Source: Christensenellaceae bacterium (GTDB taxonomy: Bacteria > Bacillota > Clostridia > Christensenellales > Borkfalkiaceae). From it: a stretch of 64,000 nt of DNA. Made by a program: the position numbers and the translations under genes. Location of the stretch: assembly GCA_045638105.1 (NCBI GenBank), contig JAZUAT010000007.1:5328-69327 (forward strand), given 5' to 3'. How positions within the stretch are numbered: the stretch's first letter is position 1; the number at the start of each line of letters is the position of its first letter. The notes beneath the pieces are model-generated. The model was given only the letters and a program-made list of their open reading frames with translations, ran no database searches and was not told the origin of the DNA. Positions 28,586 to 37,794 of this stretch are shown here, piece by piece.

Positions 28586-29254
28586 ATGAATAAAAGACTA
28601 AAAAGCACGCTTATCCTAGTTTACGTGATTTTATCAATAGGAATATTTGCAACAATGCTAATAGTTCCGTCGTTTAGAGAAGTGTTTAAAAAACTCTCCA
28701 CAAATACTCCTTATATTATGGGCTTTATTAAATTTGCATTACTTGCAACAGCGGGCGAACTCCTTGCTTTAGCTATTCTTAGAAAGGAATTCGTATTGCC
28801 CGTTAAAGTATTTTGGCGCTTTATAATTTGGGGATTTATTGGCGTATGGATAACTTTTATGATGAAAGTTTACTCTATTGCAACGTCTTCAATGATGGCT
28901 TCTGGATTGCTTTTAGGCGGAGATAACGTGTTTTTGCGTGCATTATATACAAGCGTTCTTATGAATACAAGTTTTGGCCCAACGTTTATGGCTGTGCATA
29001 AAATTACGGACAAAATGCTTGAACTTTTTGCTAATAAAGAAAAGGTTACTTTGTCTAGCATTATAAAGGGTATTGATTGGCCTAGCTTTTGGGGCTTTAC
29101 AATTTTAAAAACCGTACCGCTATTTTGGATACCAGCGCATACCATAACATTCTTGCTTCCAGCAGAATATCAAGTTATGATGGCGGCGGCGTTATCTGTA
29201 GCGCTTGGCATAATTTTAAGTTTAGGAAATCGCAATAAAAAGGAAAGTAAATAA
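28586..29254 (+). CDS. Hypothetical membrane protein (~6 TM) embedded in the ior-paaK cluster
   Basis: Hydrophobic helices throughout. Start taken at the internal ATG (MNKRLKST…), which follows the iorB stop codon. Confidence 0.4.
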   Translation: MNKRLKSTLILVYVILSIGIFATMLIVPSFREVFKKLSTNTPYIMGFIKFALLATAGELLALAILRKEFVLPVKVFWRFIIWGFIGVWITFMMKVYSIATSSMMASGLLLGGDNVFLRALYTSVLMNTSFGPTFMAVHKITDKMLELFANKEKVTLSSIIKGIDWPSFWGFTILKTVPLFWIPAHTITFLLPAEYQVMMAAALSVALGIILSLGNRNKKESK

Positions 29255-30559
29255 ATGGCTATAAGAGACAAAATAATTGAAACAATGCCACGAGAAGAAC
29301 TTAAAAAACTTCAAGGCAAAAGGCTTGTTAAACAAGTTAAAAAAATGTATGAACGCGTAGAGTGTTTTAAAATGCGTATGGATGAAAAAGGGCTTAAGCC
29401 TGAAGATATTAGAGGGGTTGAAGATTTACATAAACTTCCTTTTGCGTACAAGCAAGATTTAAGAGATTTTTACCCTTACGGCTTATTTGCCGAACCTCTT
29501 TCTAACATTAAAAGAGTTCACGCATCAAGCGGTACAACGGGCAAGCGTATAGTAGTTGGATATACGGAAAACGACCTTGAAATGTGGGCGGAGTGCGTTG
29601 CAAGAATGCTTGAAGGTATTGGTATTACTGAAAACGATATTTTCCAAGTTGCGTTTGGTTACGGATTTTTTACTGGCGGGTTTGGCTTGCATGCTGGCAT
29701 TGAAAAAATAGGCGCAACCGTTATTCCTATATCTTCAGGAAACACTGCGCTTCAAATTCAAACGATGATAGACTTTAAGGCAACGGCAATTTGTTGTACG
29801 CCGTCTTATGCTATGTATCTTGCTGAAGAAATTGAAAAGGCGGGCGTTAAAGACCAACTTTCTTTGAAAGTTGGCGTATTTGGGGCTGAGCCTTGGAGCG
29901 AGTCAATGCGTAAAGAAATAGAAGATAAACTTGGCATTAAAGCATATGATATTTACGGGCTTTCCGAAATTTTAGGACCTGGCGTTTCTTGCGAGTGCGA
30001 ATATCAAAGCGGTATGCACGTATGGGAAGACAACTTTATTGTTGAAATTATTGACCCTGAAACGCTTGAAGTTTTGCCTGAAGGCTCTACTGGTGAACTT
30101 GTGTTTACCACAATTACAAAAGAAGGCTTTCCCGTTATTAGATATAGAACGAGGGACATTTGCTCGCTTGACTATTCGCCTTGCAAATGCGGAAGAACGC
30201 ACCTTCGTATGAATAAGCCAAGCGGTAGAAGTGACGATATGTTAATTATAAGGGGCGTAAACGTATTCCCATCTCAAATAGAAGAAGTGCTTATAAGTAT
30301 AAGCGATGGCAAAATTACGCCTAATTACTTAATCAAGATTGATAGAATAAACAATAACGATACGTTTGATTTAGACGTAGAAATGAGTGAAGAGCTTTTT
30401 GCAGACGACTTAAAAACTATTGCTAAAACGGAAAAAGAAATTAGTGATAAACTTCGCTCTGCATTAGGTCTTGGGGTAAAAGTTCACTTAGTTAACCCTA
30501 AAACTATTGCAAGAAGTGAAGGTAAGGCAAAAAGAGTTTTAGACTTGCGTAAAATATAA
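29255..30559 (+). CDS. paaK: Phenylacetate-CoA ligase family protein (PaaK / coenzyme-F390-synthetase-like aryl-acetate-CoA ligase)
   Basis: 434 aa. N-terminus 'REELKKLQGKRLVKQVKKMYERVECFKMRMDEKGLKPEDI'. 'SSGTTGKRIVVGYT' is the adenylation motif of the PaaK family. Confidence 0.75.
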   Translation: MAIRDKIIETMPREELKKLQGKRLVKQVKKMYERVECFKMRMDEKGLKPEDIRGVEDLHKLPFAYKQDLRDFYPYGLFAEPLSNIKRVHASSGTTGKRIVVGYTENDLEMWAECVARMLEGIGITENDIFQVAFGYGFFTGGFGLHAGIEKIGATVIPISSGNTALQIQTMIDFKATAICCTPSYAMYLAEEIEKAGVKDQLSLKVGVFGAEPWSESMRKEIEDKLGIKAYDIYGLSEILGPGVSCECEYQSGMHVWEDNFIVEIIDPETLEVLPEGSTGELVFTTITKEGFPVIRYRTRDICSLDYSPCKCGRTHLRMNKPSGRSDDMLIIRGVNVFPSQIEEVLISISDGKITPNYLIKIDRINNNDTFDLDVEMSEELFADDLKTIAKTEKEISDKLRSALGLGVKVHLVNPKTIARSEGKAKRVLDLRKI

Positions 30560-30572
30560 GGAGGAAAGCGTT

Positions 30573-31016
30573 ATGATAGTTGAACAAATTTCTGTTTTTA
30601 TTGAAAATAAAGAAGGTAGACTTTTAGAAGTTGCGGAAGTTCTAGCAAAAAACAATATAGACATTTCCGCCCTTTCGCTTGCAGATACGGAAGAATACGG
30701 CGTTCTTCGTATGATTGTTAGTGACCCTTATAAAGCAAAAGCAGTTCTTTTAGAAACAGGTGTTATTTGTAAGGTTACAGACGTTTTAGCCGTTTCTATT
30801 AGCGATGAGCCGGGTGGATTTGCAACGTCTTTAAAAAGCATTACCGATAACGGAATTTTTATTAAATATATGTACGCTTGCGTTTCTCATAAAAAGGGCA
30901 AAGCGCTTATGGTTTTGTCTGTATCGGACTTACAAAAGGCTGAAGAAATAATCAAGAAAAATATGGGAGATATTGAAAACCCAAACGAAATATATCGCTT
31001 AGAAAAAAAACAATAG
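30573..31016 (+). CDS. ACT-domain protein, commonly paired with PaaK-like ligases
   Basis: 147 aa with two small ACT-like halves (…ISVFIENKEGRLLEVAEVLAKNNIDISALSL…). Confidence 0.55.
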   Translation: MIVEQISVFIENKEGRLLEVAEVLAKNNIDISALSLADTEEYGVLRMIVSDPYKAKAVLLETGVICKVTDVLAVSISDEPGGFATSLKSITDNGIFIKYMYACVSHKKGKALMVLSVSDLQKAEEIIKKNMGDIENPNEIYRLEKKQ

Positions 31017-31087
31017 AGCAAGGCACTTTTAAATAAAGGCGTTTACTACTTGTTAATATATAAATTTTATATTTTACTTGACATAGG

Positions 31088-31116
31088 CGTTAAATATATA
31101 TATAATAATGTTAATT
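31088..31116 (+). promoter_or_regulatory. Consensus promoter (TTGACA, 17-nt spacer, TATAAT) for the zinc-ribbon/SPFH pair
   Basis: ttgaca at 31088-31093, 17-nt spacer, tataat at 31111-31116. Confidence 0.5.
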
Positions 31117-31134
31117 AGTAAAATGAGGTGCATT

Positions 31135-31302
31135 ATGGAAAAATATGAAAATGAAGAGTATACAGAAGTTTTGCAACCGCAAATAGTTGTACCTACGAAT
31201 AATATTGAGCAAAAAAAGTGGGTGTGCGAAGTGTGTGGGCACGCTAATCCCGAATACACCGCTTTATGCAAAAAATGTAGCAACTATTTAGAAAGGAGTT
31301 AA
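31135..31302 (+). CDS. Small zinc-ribbon protein
   Basis: 'CEVCGHANPEYTALCKKCSNY' contains two CxxC pairs. Start taken at the internal ATG (MEKYENEE), because the upstream ATG lies inside the promoter. Confidence 0.45.
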   Translation: MEKYENEEYTEVLQPQIVVPTNNIEQKKWVCEVCGHANPEYTALCKKCSNYLERS

Positions 31303-31304
31303 TT

Positions 31305-32696
31305 ATGGCAACAAAATTAAACAAAAAAACAAAAGAAGATTTATTGCAAGATTTATTGTGCGATAGAGTAAATATTAACGATTTATCTTTGATGTATGAA
31401 AATCAAAGATATGCGTTTTTTACTGCAATTGAAGAACGTCCAAACATTTTATCAAAAGTTGCAGTAGCAAACGCAAACAATCTTCTTGTTCCCGCAATTG
31501 AAAAAGACCCTGTAAACTTCATTTATTTAAAGAAAGAGCAATATACAGATGAAACTGCTCAAATATATTTAGCATACAGGTTAAGCCTTAACAAAGAAGG
31601 TTGTGATAATTTTGAGGGTTCAGAAACCGTACAAAATAAAGACAACGGCTTTTCATTACATAAAAGCGTTGATGATAAAGTAGTGCTTAACTACAACTAT
31701 ATGACGCCAAACGGTGAAGAAATTTATTATTTTGATAACGAGTTGCAAATTCCTATTTCAATCAAAACGAACTTCAAAATTTCTCTTAAAATTAAGAGTG
31801 CTGCAACTTTTATTGAAAAATTTGATATGCACGCTTCACAACTTGGTAGAAATAAAATTGAAAACGTTGTTGGTAGCGTTTTAGAAAACCAATTCCGTGC
31901 TATTTTTACTAGTTATATTGACAGGAATAAAATTGGCTACTATACGTTATGTGCTACTATTAGCATTTTTGAAAATGAGCTTCAAAATAAACTTAAGGCA
32001 GTATTTGCACCATACGGCATTGAAGTTTCAAACGTTTTAATTAGCAAATTTGCAATTCCAAATAGTATTCAAGAAAGAATTGAGGACCAAGCATTTGAAC
32101 TTCGCCAAATCAAGGCGGAAATGTATGTAAATCACGACCTTGCAAAAAAATCTCTTGAAAACTACGAAATTAAACTTGCTATTGAAAATAGATATCCAGA
32201 TGCAGAGCGTTCTTTAACTGAATATGAAAAAGATATGGCGTTAAAGAGATATATGCTTAAGAACGGCCAAATTTCTAAAGAAAGCATTGACCGCACAATC
32301 TTTATGAAGCGCAAAGTTGAACAAGCGGATAAGATTATTGAAAAAGAACAAGATGGCGTTATGTATTTCCCTCAATCTAAAAATAGCTTTAAGAGAGGGT
32401 ACTTTGGCTGGCTTATTATTTGCCTTATTCTTAACGGATTACTTGCACTTTATAATGTTGAATATGCACTCTTATTTGCAGCGTTCAACGTTCTACTTTT
32501 TGGCTTAATAGCATTGTTTGGCGGAAAGAAGTTCAAAAGCCCAAAGCCTAAGTTCAAAACGAAAGTAGATAGGGAAAAAGAAAAGGCTCAAGAAAAGGAA
32601 AAAGAAGCTCTTGCTTTAGCCCAAGCAGAACCTCAACAAACTGAACCTAAAGTAGAAGCACCTCAAGAAGAAGTAGCTACTACTAAAGATGAATAA
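31305..32696 (+). CDS. SPFH/band-7-like domain protein with a C-terminal TM helix and a Lys/Glu-rich tail
   Basis: 'YGIEVSNVLISKFAIPNSIQERIEDQA' resembles the SPFH core. TM helix 'GWLIICLILNGLLALYNVEYALLFAAFNVLLFGLIALFG', then a KPKFKTKVDREKEKAQEKEKE tail. Confidence 0.4.
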   Translation: MATKLNKKTKEDLLQDLLCDRVNINDLSLMYENQRYAFFTAIEERPNILSKVAVANANNLLVPAIEKDPVNFIYLKKEQYTDETAQIYLAYRLSLNKEGCDNFEGSETVQNKDNGFSLHKSVDDKVVLNYNYMTPNGEEIYYFDNELQIPISIKTNFKISLKIKSAATFIEKFDMHASQLGRNKIENVVGSVLENQFRAIFTSYIDRNKIGYYTLCATISIFENELQNKLKAVFAPYGIEVSNVLISKFAIPNSIQERIEDQAFELRQIKAEMYVNHDLAKKSLENYEIKLAIENRYPDAERSLTEYEKDMALKRYMLKNGQISKESIDRTIFMKRKVEQADKIIEKEQDGVMYFPQSKNSFKRGYFGWLIICLILNGLLALYNVEYALLFAAFNVLLFGLIALFGGKKFKSPKPKFKTKVDREKEKAQEKEKEALALAQAEPQQTEPKVEAPQEEVATTKDE

Positions 32697-32734
32697 AAAA
32701 TAAACTAAAAGGAGTTGCAAAAAGCAACTCCTTT

Positions 32735-33460
32735 TTAATGTCTTGTATCGTCTTCAAAGCATTCGCAAAACCTTCCTGAAAACGAGGGGTTTTGTCCATT
32801 TAATAAAAGATGGCTAACGTCGCCAATACTTGCACAGCGCATAAGTGCAATTCCCTTAACGCGTTCTTCCGTGTAAATTGTGGTAATTGCGGTTGGTGCA
32901 GTGCAAGCGTGTTGCCAAATGCTATAAGGCGAGCAGTTTAAAAGATGCGAAAGTAAAACGGCTGTAACGCCAAAGTGGCAAACTAAAACTATGGTGTCGT
33001 GATTGCCTTTTTCTACTTTATAATTAAACCCGTCTCTTAGGTAGCCGTGGCTTGCAAGCATTTTATCTAAATTTTTTGTAACGTAGTCGTAGTTTTTTGA
33101 AACGTTTGAATTTTTTATAAATTCTTCTTCCTTCCAAAGCGTTGGGTGGTAAATATTTTGCAAAGTATTTATATATTCAGGCAAAACGTCCCAACAACAA
33201 TCAGGCTCTTTATTGTAAGGGAATAAAACGGTTGCGTCATTAAACTCTTTAAGCCAATCACAATAAGTAGCGTCCATTGAAAGCGATTTTAAAAAGGGTT
33301 TGGCGGTATCGCGTGCCCTACCAAGAATAGAGCAATAAACGCTTGTAACGTTTTCTTTTTCAATACGCTTTTTTAAAAATTCAGCTTCTAATTTTCCAAC
33401 CTCTGTTAAAGTATCGTTTTTATAGTCTGGGTCGCCATGGCGAACAATTAATATTTTCAT
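32735..33460 (-). CDS. Histidine phosphatase superfamily protein (phosphoglycerate-mutase-like)
   Basis: The N-terminal catalytic motif 'ILIVRHGDPDY' is the RHG signature. 241 aa. Confidence 0.65.
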   Translation of the reverse strand: MKILIVRHGDPDYKNDTLTEVGKLEAEFLKKRIEKENVTSVYCSILGRARDTAKPFLKSLSMDATYCDWLKEFNDATVLFPYNKEPDCCWDVLPEYINTLQNIYHPTLWKEEEFIKNSNVSKNYDYVTKNLDKMLASHGYLRDGFNYKVEKGNHDTIVLVCHFGVTAVLLSHLLNCSPYSIWQHACTAPTAITTIYTEERVKGIALMRCASIGDVSHLLLNGQNPSFSGRFCECFEDDTRH

Positions 33461-33528
33461 TTTTTTAACTCCTTTTTAAATTATAAATAATAAAGTTGTT
33501 AAAAGTAAGTGTAAAATAAAACATAAAA

Positions 33529-34389
33529 TTAAATGGTTATAGCGTTTAAGTTTTCTTGCGCGTATTTTTGCCTAAACTCTTTCACCGTTATGCCGTATTC
33601 TTTTTTAAAAACTTTCATAAAATGAAGTTCGTCTTTAAAGCCGACTAATAAGGCGAGTTTTTTTACGGAAAAATTTTTTTCTTTTAAAAGTTCGCCCGCG
33701 CTTTTAAGCCTTTGTTTTACAAGGTATTTAACGGGAGTTATTCCCGTTTTATTTTTAAATAGTTTGCAAATATACGACTTGCTTATAAATAAAATATCCG
33801 CAACGTATTCAACTTTAAATTCGGGGTCTTTATGGTTAAGTTTAATAATTGATTTTACGTTTTCAACCGTGTCTAAATCATAAATAAACTCGCTGTTTTT
33901 ACGGCTAACGGCAAGCCTTGAAGCTATGTTATATAATGCGGAAAGCGTTTTAAAATAACGCTCTTCTTGCGAAATACCCGCTCTATATAGCGAATTTAGC
34001 AAAATATCAACTTCTTTTGGGTTATTGTCGTGATGGATAGGGTTATCAGTTGAAAAGCCCATAGAAAGCCCAAGTTCTTTTGCTCCGCTTCCCACCATAT
34101 AAAACCAATAATATGCCCAAGGGTTATCGCCACTTGGGTAATATTTTATAGGGACGTTTGGTGGTAAAAAGAAAAAATCTCCTTCATAAACGTTAAAAAA
34201 TGTATCGTTTACTTGTAGCGTTCCATTACCCCTTTGAACAAAATGCAAGGTGTAACCGTCTTGCGAGTGTAAAACGTTACGGCTTTTAATATATTTAAAG
34301 TCGTGATACCCAAAGCTGGTAACGCTTAGGTTGGAAAGTGACGGCGTATTGCTAAATTTTAAATGTCTGCGCTGGTATTGTTTGTTCAT
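33529..34389 (-). CDS. AraC-family transcriptional regulator with an N-terminal cupin sensor and C-terminal HTH
   Basis: The C-terminal segment '…VEYVADILFISKSYICKLFKNKTGITPVKYLVKQRLKSAGELL…' is an AraC-type HTH. Confidence 0.75.
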   Translation of the reverse strand: MNKQYQRRHLKFSNTPSLSNLSVTSFGYHDFKYIKSRNVLHSQDGYTLHFVQRGNGTLQVNDTFFNVYEGDFFFLPPNVPIKYYPSGDNPWAYYWFYMVGSGAKELGLSMGFSTDNPIHHDNNPKEVDILLNSLYRAGISQEERYFKTLSALYNIASRLAVSRKNSEFIYDLDTVENVKSIIKLNHKDPEFKVEYVADILFISKSYICKLFKNKTGITPVKYLVKQRLKSAGELLKEKNFSVKKLALLVGFKDELHFMKVFKKEYGITVKEFRQKYAQENLNAITI

Positions 34390-34547
34390 AATGCCCCCTT
34401 TTTTAATAATTATAATAAAAGCGTAGTATACGTGTCAATAAAAAATAATAAAAAAAGACATAATAAAAATCAAAACGACTATTTACAAAGCGTTAAATTT
34501 CATTTATAATGTAATTATTGTAAAAATAATTTTATTAAGGAGAAATT

Positions 34548-35771
34548 ATGAAACCTATAAAAATAGTTGTTTTAGGTTGTGGGCAACGCGGAAGAACGTT
34601 GACGCAAAACGTATTAACGAGAATTGAGGGCGTTGAAATTGCCGGACTTTGCGATACGGGTTGGATTGATAAAGCGGAACACGTTAGAGATTGTCTTAAA
34701 AAAGATTTTAATATAGACGTGCCCGTGTACGACGACCACGTAAAAATGTTTGATGAAGTTAAGCCAGACGCTGTTTTTATTGCAACCAATTGGGAATACC
34801 ACGTTGACCTTGCAACGTATTCTATGGAAAGGGGAATAGCGGTTGCTATGGAAGTTGGCGGAGCGAATTGCGCCGAAGAGTGTTATAGGCTTATTGAAGT
34901 TCAAGAACGCACTAAAACTCCGTTTATGTTTATGGAAAACTGCTGTTTTAACCGCGATGAACTTTTGGCAACGAGCGTTGCAAGAAAAGGGCTTATGGGC
35001 GAAATAGTTTATTGTCACGGCGCTTACGGCCATGACCTTCGCGATGAAGTTTCTTATGGCAAATTAAAAAGAAGCTATCGTTTAAACCATTACCTTACTC
35101 GCAACTGCGAAAACTATCCAACGCACGACCTTGGGCCTATTGCTAAACTTTTAAACATCAACCGTGGCAATAGAATGGTTTCGCTTGTTTCTATGTCGTC
35201 AAAATCGGCAGGCCTTAAAGACTATATTAATGGTAGAGACGATTTGCAAGAACTCAAAGGCGTAGAGTGGGCTCAAAGCGACATTGTTACTACTCTTATT
35301 AAATGCGAAAACGGCGAACTCATTAGCCTTTGCTTAGACACTACCTTACCGCGCTTTTACTCGCGTGAATTTACCGTTCGTGGAACGAAAGGTATGTATA
35401 TGCAAGATAACGATATGATGCTTATTGAAGGCGATTATAATGAAAACGTTTCTCAACTTGATTTTTTCAAGCAAAATCATAATAGTGCAAAAAATTACGA
35501 AAAATATTTGCCTGAATTTTGGAAGAACGTACCGCAAGAAATTTTAGACGCGGGTCACGGCGGTATGGACTATTTTGAATTCGTTGCTTTCTTTGACGCG
35601 CTTAGAAATGGTACTGAAATGCCTATTGACGTTTACGACGCGGCTGCATGGATGAGCATAACATATTTAAGTGAACAATCAATTAAAAATGGCGGTGCGC
35701 CAGTTGACGTGCCAGACTTTACTAACGGGGCTTATAAAACAAGAAAACCAAAAGACGTTGTGGAGTTATAA
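34548..35771 (+). CDS. Gfo/Idh/MocA-family NAD-dependent oxidoreductase, possibly a GH109-like glycosidase fold
   Basis: Rossmann N-terminus 'KIVVLGCGQRGRTL'. 'FMENCCFNRDE' and 'GAYGHDLRDE' are shared with NAD-dependent GH109-type enzymes. Confidence 0.55.
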   Translation: MKPIKIVVLGCGQRGRTLTQNVLTRIEGVEIAGLCDTGWIDKAEHVRDCLKKDFNIDVPVYDDHVKMFDEVKPDAVFIATNWEYHVDLATYSMERGIAVAMEVGGANCAEECYRLIEVQERTKTPFMFMENCCFNRDELLATSVARKGLMGEIVYCHGAYGHDLRDEVSYGKLKRSYRLNHYLTRNCENYPTHDLGPIAKLLNINRGNRMVSLVSMSSKSAGLKDYINGRDDLQELKGVEWAQSDIVTTLIKCENGELISLCLDTTLPRFYSREFTVRGTKGMYMQDNDMMLIEGDYNENVSQLDFFKQNHNSAKNYEKYLPEFWKNVPQEILDAGHGGMDYFEFVAFFDALRNGTEMPIDVYDAAAWMSITYLSEQSIKNGGAPVDVPDFTNGAYKTRKPKDVVEL

Positions 35772-35774
35772 AAA

Positions 35775-36869
35775 ATGGAATTGTTTAAGGAATTAGAGTT
35801 AGTTCTTAAAAATTTTGAAGTTAAGGGAACTCTTATAAGCGCAGAGCCTTACGGCAACGGGCTTATAAATAGAAGTTTTTACGCAGTTTATGAAGATAAC
35901 GGCATTAAAAAACCGTATCTTTTGCAAAAAATAAATTCAAAACTTTTTGACCCTGTTGAAAAGTTAATGCAAAACATTGAACTTGTAACGGAGTTTAACC
36001 GCAAAAAAATAATTGAGCGCGGTGGCAATCCAGACAAGGAAAGTTTAACCCTTATAAAAACGCACGATGGAAAGGCTTATTATAAAACTGAAGACGGCGA
36101 ATATTATAGGCTTTACATCTTTATTGAAGATACAATTGCTCTTCAAAAGGTTGAAAATCCAAAAGATTTTTATTATAGCGCAATAGCATTTGGTAACTTT
36201 AATAATCTTCTTGCCGAGTTTGACGCTTCTAAACTTTATGAAATTTTACCAAATTTCCACAATACAAAAGTCCGCTATCAAAACTTTTTAACCGCTCTTG
36301 AAAAAGACGAGTTTAATAGGGCAAAAGATTGCCAAAAAGAAATTGAATTTATAAAGGCAAGAGAGAGTTATTACGGCAAAATAGTTGATATGCTTGCAAG
36401 CGGTGAAATGCCACTTAAAGTTACTCATAACGACACTAAACTTAACAACGTTTTGCTTGACGATAAAACGGGCGAACCCGTTTGTGTTATTGACCTTGAT
36501 ACTATTATGCCGGGTTCGCTTTGTTACGACTTTGGCGATAGCATTAGGTCGGGTTGTAATTCAAGCGTTGAAGACGAGCAAGATATATCTAAAGTTTATT
36601 TTAGATTAGACCTTTATGAAATTTATCTTAAAGGATATCTTGAAGCGGTTGGAGAAAGAATTACGGATATTGAAAAAGAAAACCTTGCTTTTGGCTCAAT
36701 TTTAATGACGATTGAGTGCGGAATGAGATTTTTAACGGACTACTTAAGTGGCGATACGTATTTTAGAACGCACCGCCCAGGGCAAAATTTAGATAGAACG
36801 AGAACGCAATTAAAATTAGTTGCCGATATGGAAAACGTTTTTGACCAAATGAACGCTTTAGTAAAATAA
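35775..36869 (+). CDS. APH-family (aminoglycoside-phosphotransferase fold) kinase; NahK-like sugar 1-kinase candidate
   Basis: Catalytic-loop 'VTHNDTKLNNVLLD', and the metal-binding 'VIDLDT'. 364 aa. Confidence 0.5.
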   Translation: MELFKELELVLKNFEVKGTLISAEPYGNGLINRSFYAVYEDNGIKKPYLLQKINSKLFDPVEKLMQNIELVTEFNRKKIIERGGNPDKESLTLIKTHDGKAYYKTEDGEYYRLYIFIEDTIALQKVENPKDFYYSAIAFGNFNNLLAEFDASKLYEILPNFHNTKVRYQNFLTALEKDEFNRAKDCQKEIEFIKARESYYGKIVDMLASGEMPLKVTHNDTKLNNVLLDDKTGEPVCVIDLDTIMPGSLCYDFGDSIRSGCNSSVEDEQDISKVYFRLDLYEIYLKGYLEAVGERITDIEKENLAFGSILMTIECGMRFLTDYLSGDTYFRTHRPGQNLDRTRTQLKLVADMENVFDQMNALVK

Positions 36870-36875
36870 AACAAC

Positions 36876-36970
36876 AAAACCACAACAAGCCCAATCCCTA
36901 TAAGGAAGTCTGCTTGTCGTGGTTTTTAATTTACAAATTAAAAAGTAGGCTTTTAGCCTACTATTTTATT
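36876..36970 (+). terminator. Two successive rho-independent terminators
   Basis: aaaccacaacaagc…gcttgtcgtggttttt, then aaaagtaggc-tttt-agcctactatttt. Confidence 0.7.
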
Positions 36971-37048
36971 ATTTTTTATTAGTTAAAATTTTCATAATAG
37001 TTGCCAAATAAATTTAGTTGTGGTAATATATAATAAAAGTTTTAAGGA

Positions 37049-37657
37049 GTGTTTTTAATGATTAGTAAAGAGGCCTTGTTGGCAGCAAAAAACGCATATG
37101 ATATAGAATCTCAATGCATAGAAGAAATGAAAAACTATTTTAACGAAGAAGAATTTTCTAAAGCAGTTGAACTTTTATCAACGGCAACTCGTATTGGAAC
37201 TTGTGGCTGTGGTCACTCAGGCATAATTTGCCAACACTTTGCTCATCTTTTATGTTGTATTGAGCGTCCTGCACGTTTTATTTCTCCTGCGGAAGCAATA
37301 CATGGAGCAACTGGTTTTTTACAAAGTGGAGACGTTATGGTTTTTGCATCACGTGGAGGCGGAACAAAAGAACTTTTTCCAATAATAGACATTTGCAAAA
37401 CAAAAGGCGTTAAAATTATAACCGTTACTGAAAATTTGAGTTCGCCATTAGCGTTATCTGCAGACGTAGTTATTAAGCAATACGTAAATCGCGAAACTGA
37501 CAAATATAATATGCAAGGAACAACTAGCACTACTGCGCTTTGTATGTTGTTCCACGCTCTTCAAACTGCTATAATAGAAGAAACAGGCTACCAAAAAGAG
37601 CAATTTGCCGTTATTCATCCAGGTGGAGCAGTAGGAGAAAGGCTTAATAAAAAATAA
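37049..37657 (+). CDS. SIS (sugar isomerase) domain protein
   Basis: 'RIGTCGCGHSGIICQHFAHLLCCIERPARFISPAEAIHG' is a SIS phosphosugar-binding fold. 202 aa. Confidence 0.6.
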   Translation: MFLMISKEALLAAKNAYDIESQCIEEMKNYFNEEEFSKAVELLSTATRIGTCGCGHSGIICQHFAHLLCCIERPARFISPAEAIHGATGFLQSGDVMVFASRGGGTKELFPIIDICKTKGVKIITVTENLSSPLALSADVVIKQYVNRETDKYNMQGTTSTTALCMLFHALQTAIIEETGYQKEQFAVIHPGGAVGERLNKK

Positions 37658-37673
37658 TAAAAAGACGATATAA

Positions 37674-37710
37674 AAATCACCCCAAACTAAAAAAGGGGTG
37701 ATTTTTTATT
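37674..37710 (+). terminator. Rho-independent terminator
   Basis: aatcacccc-aaactaaaaaa-ggggtgatt followed by ttttatt. Confidence 0.65.
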
Positions 37711-37794
37711 TAATAAGCCAATTTATTCAAAAACATTGGTTGTGAACGTGTGAAAATCGCCTATTTTTGTTGCCAATTTCATATATAAAATGCT

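Noticed and set aside
31074-31283. 69-aa minus-strand ORF opposite the zinc-ribbon gene and promoter
   Set aside because: It overlaps a consensus promoter and a Cys-motif ORF on the other strand. Its composition is not protein-like (poly-I/Y from AT-rich DNA).
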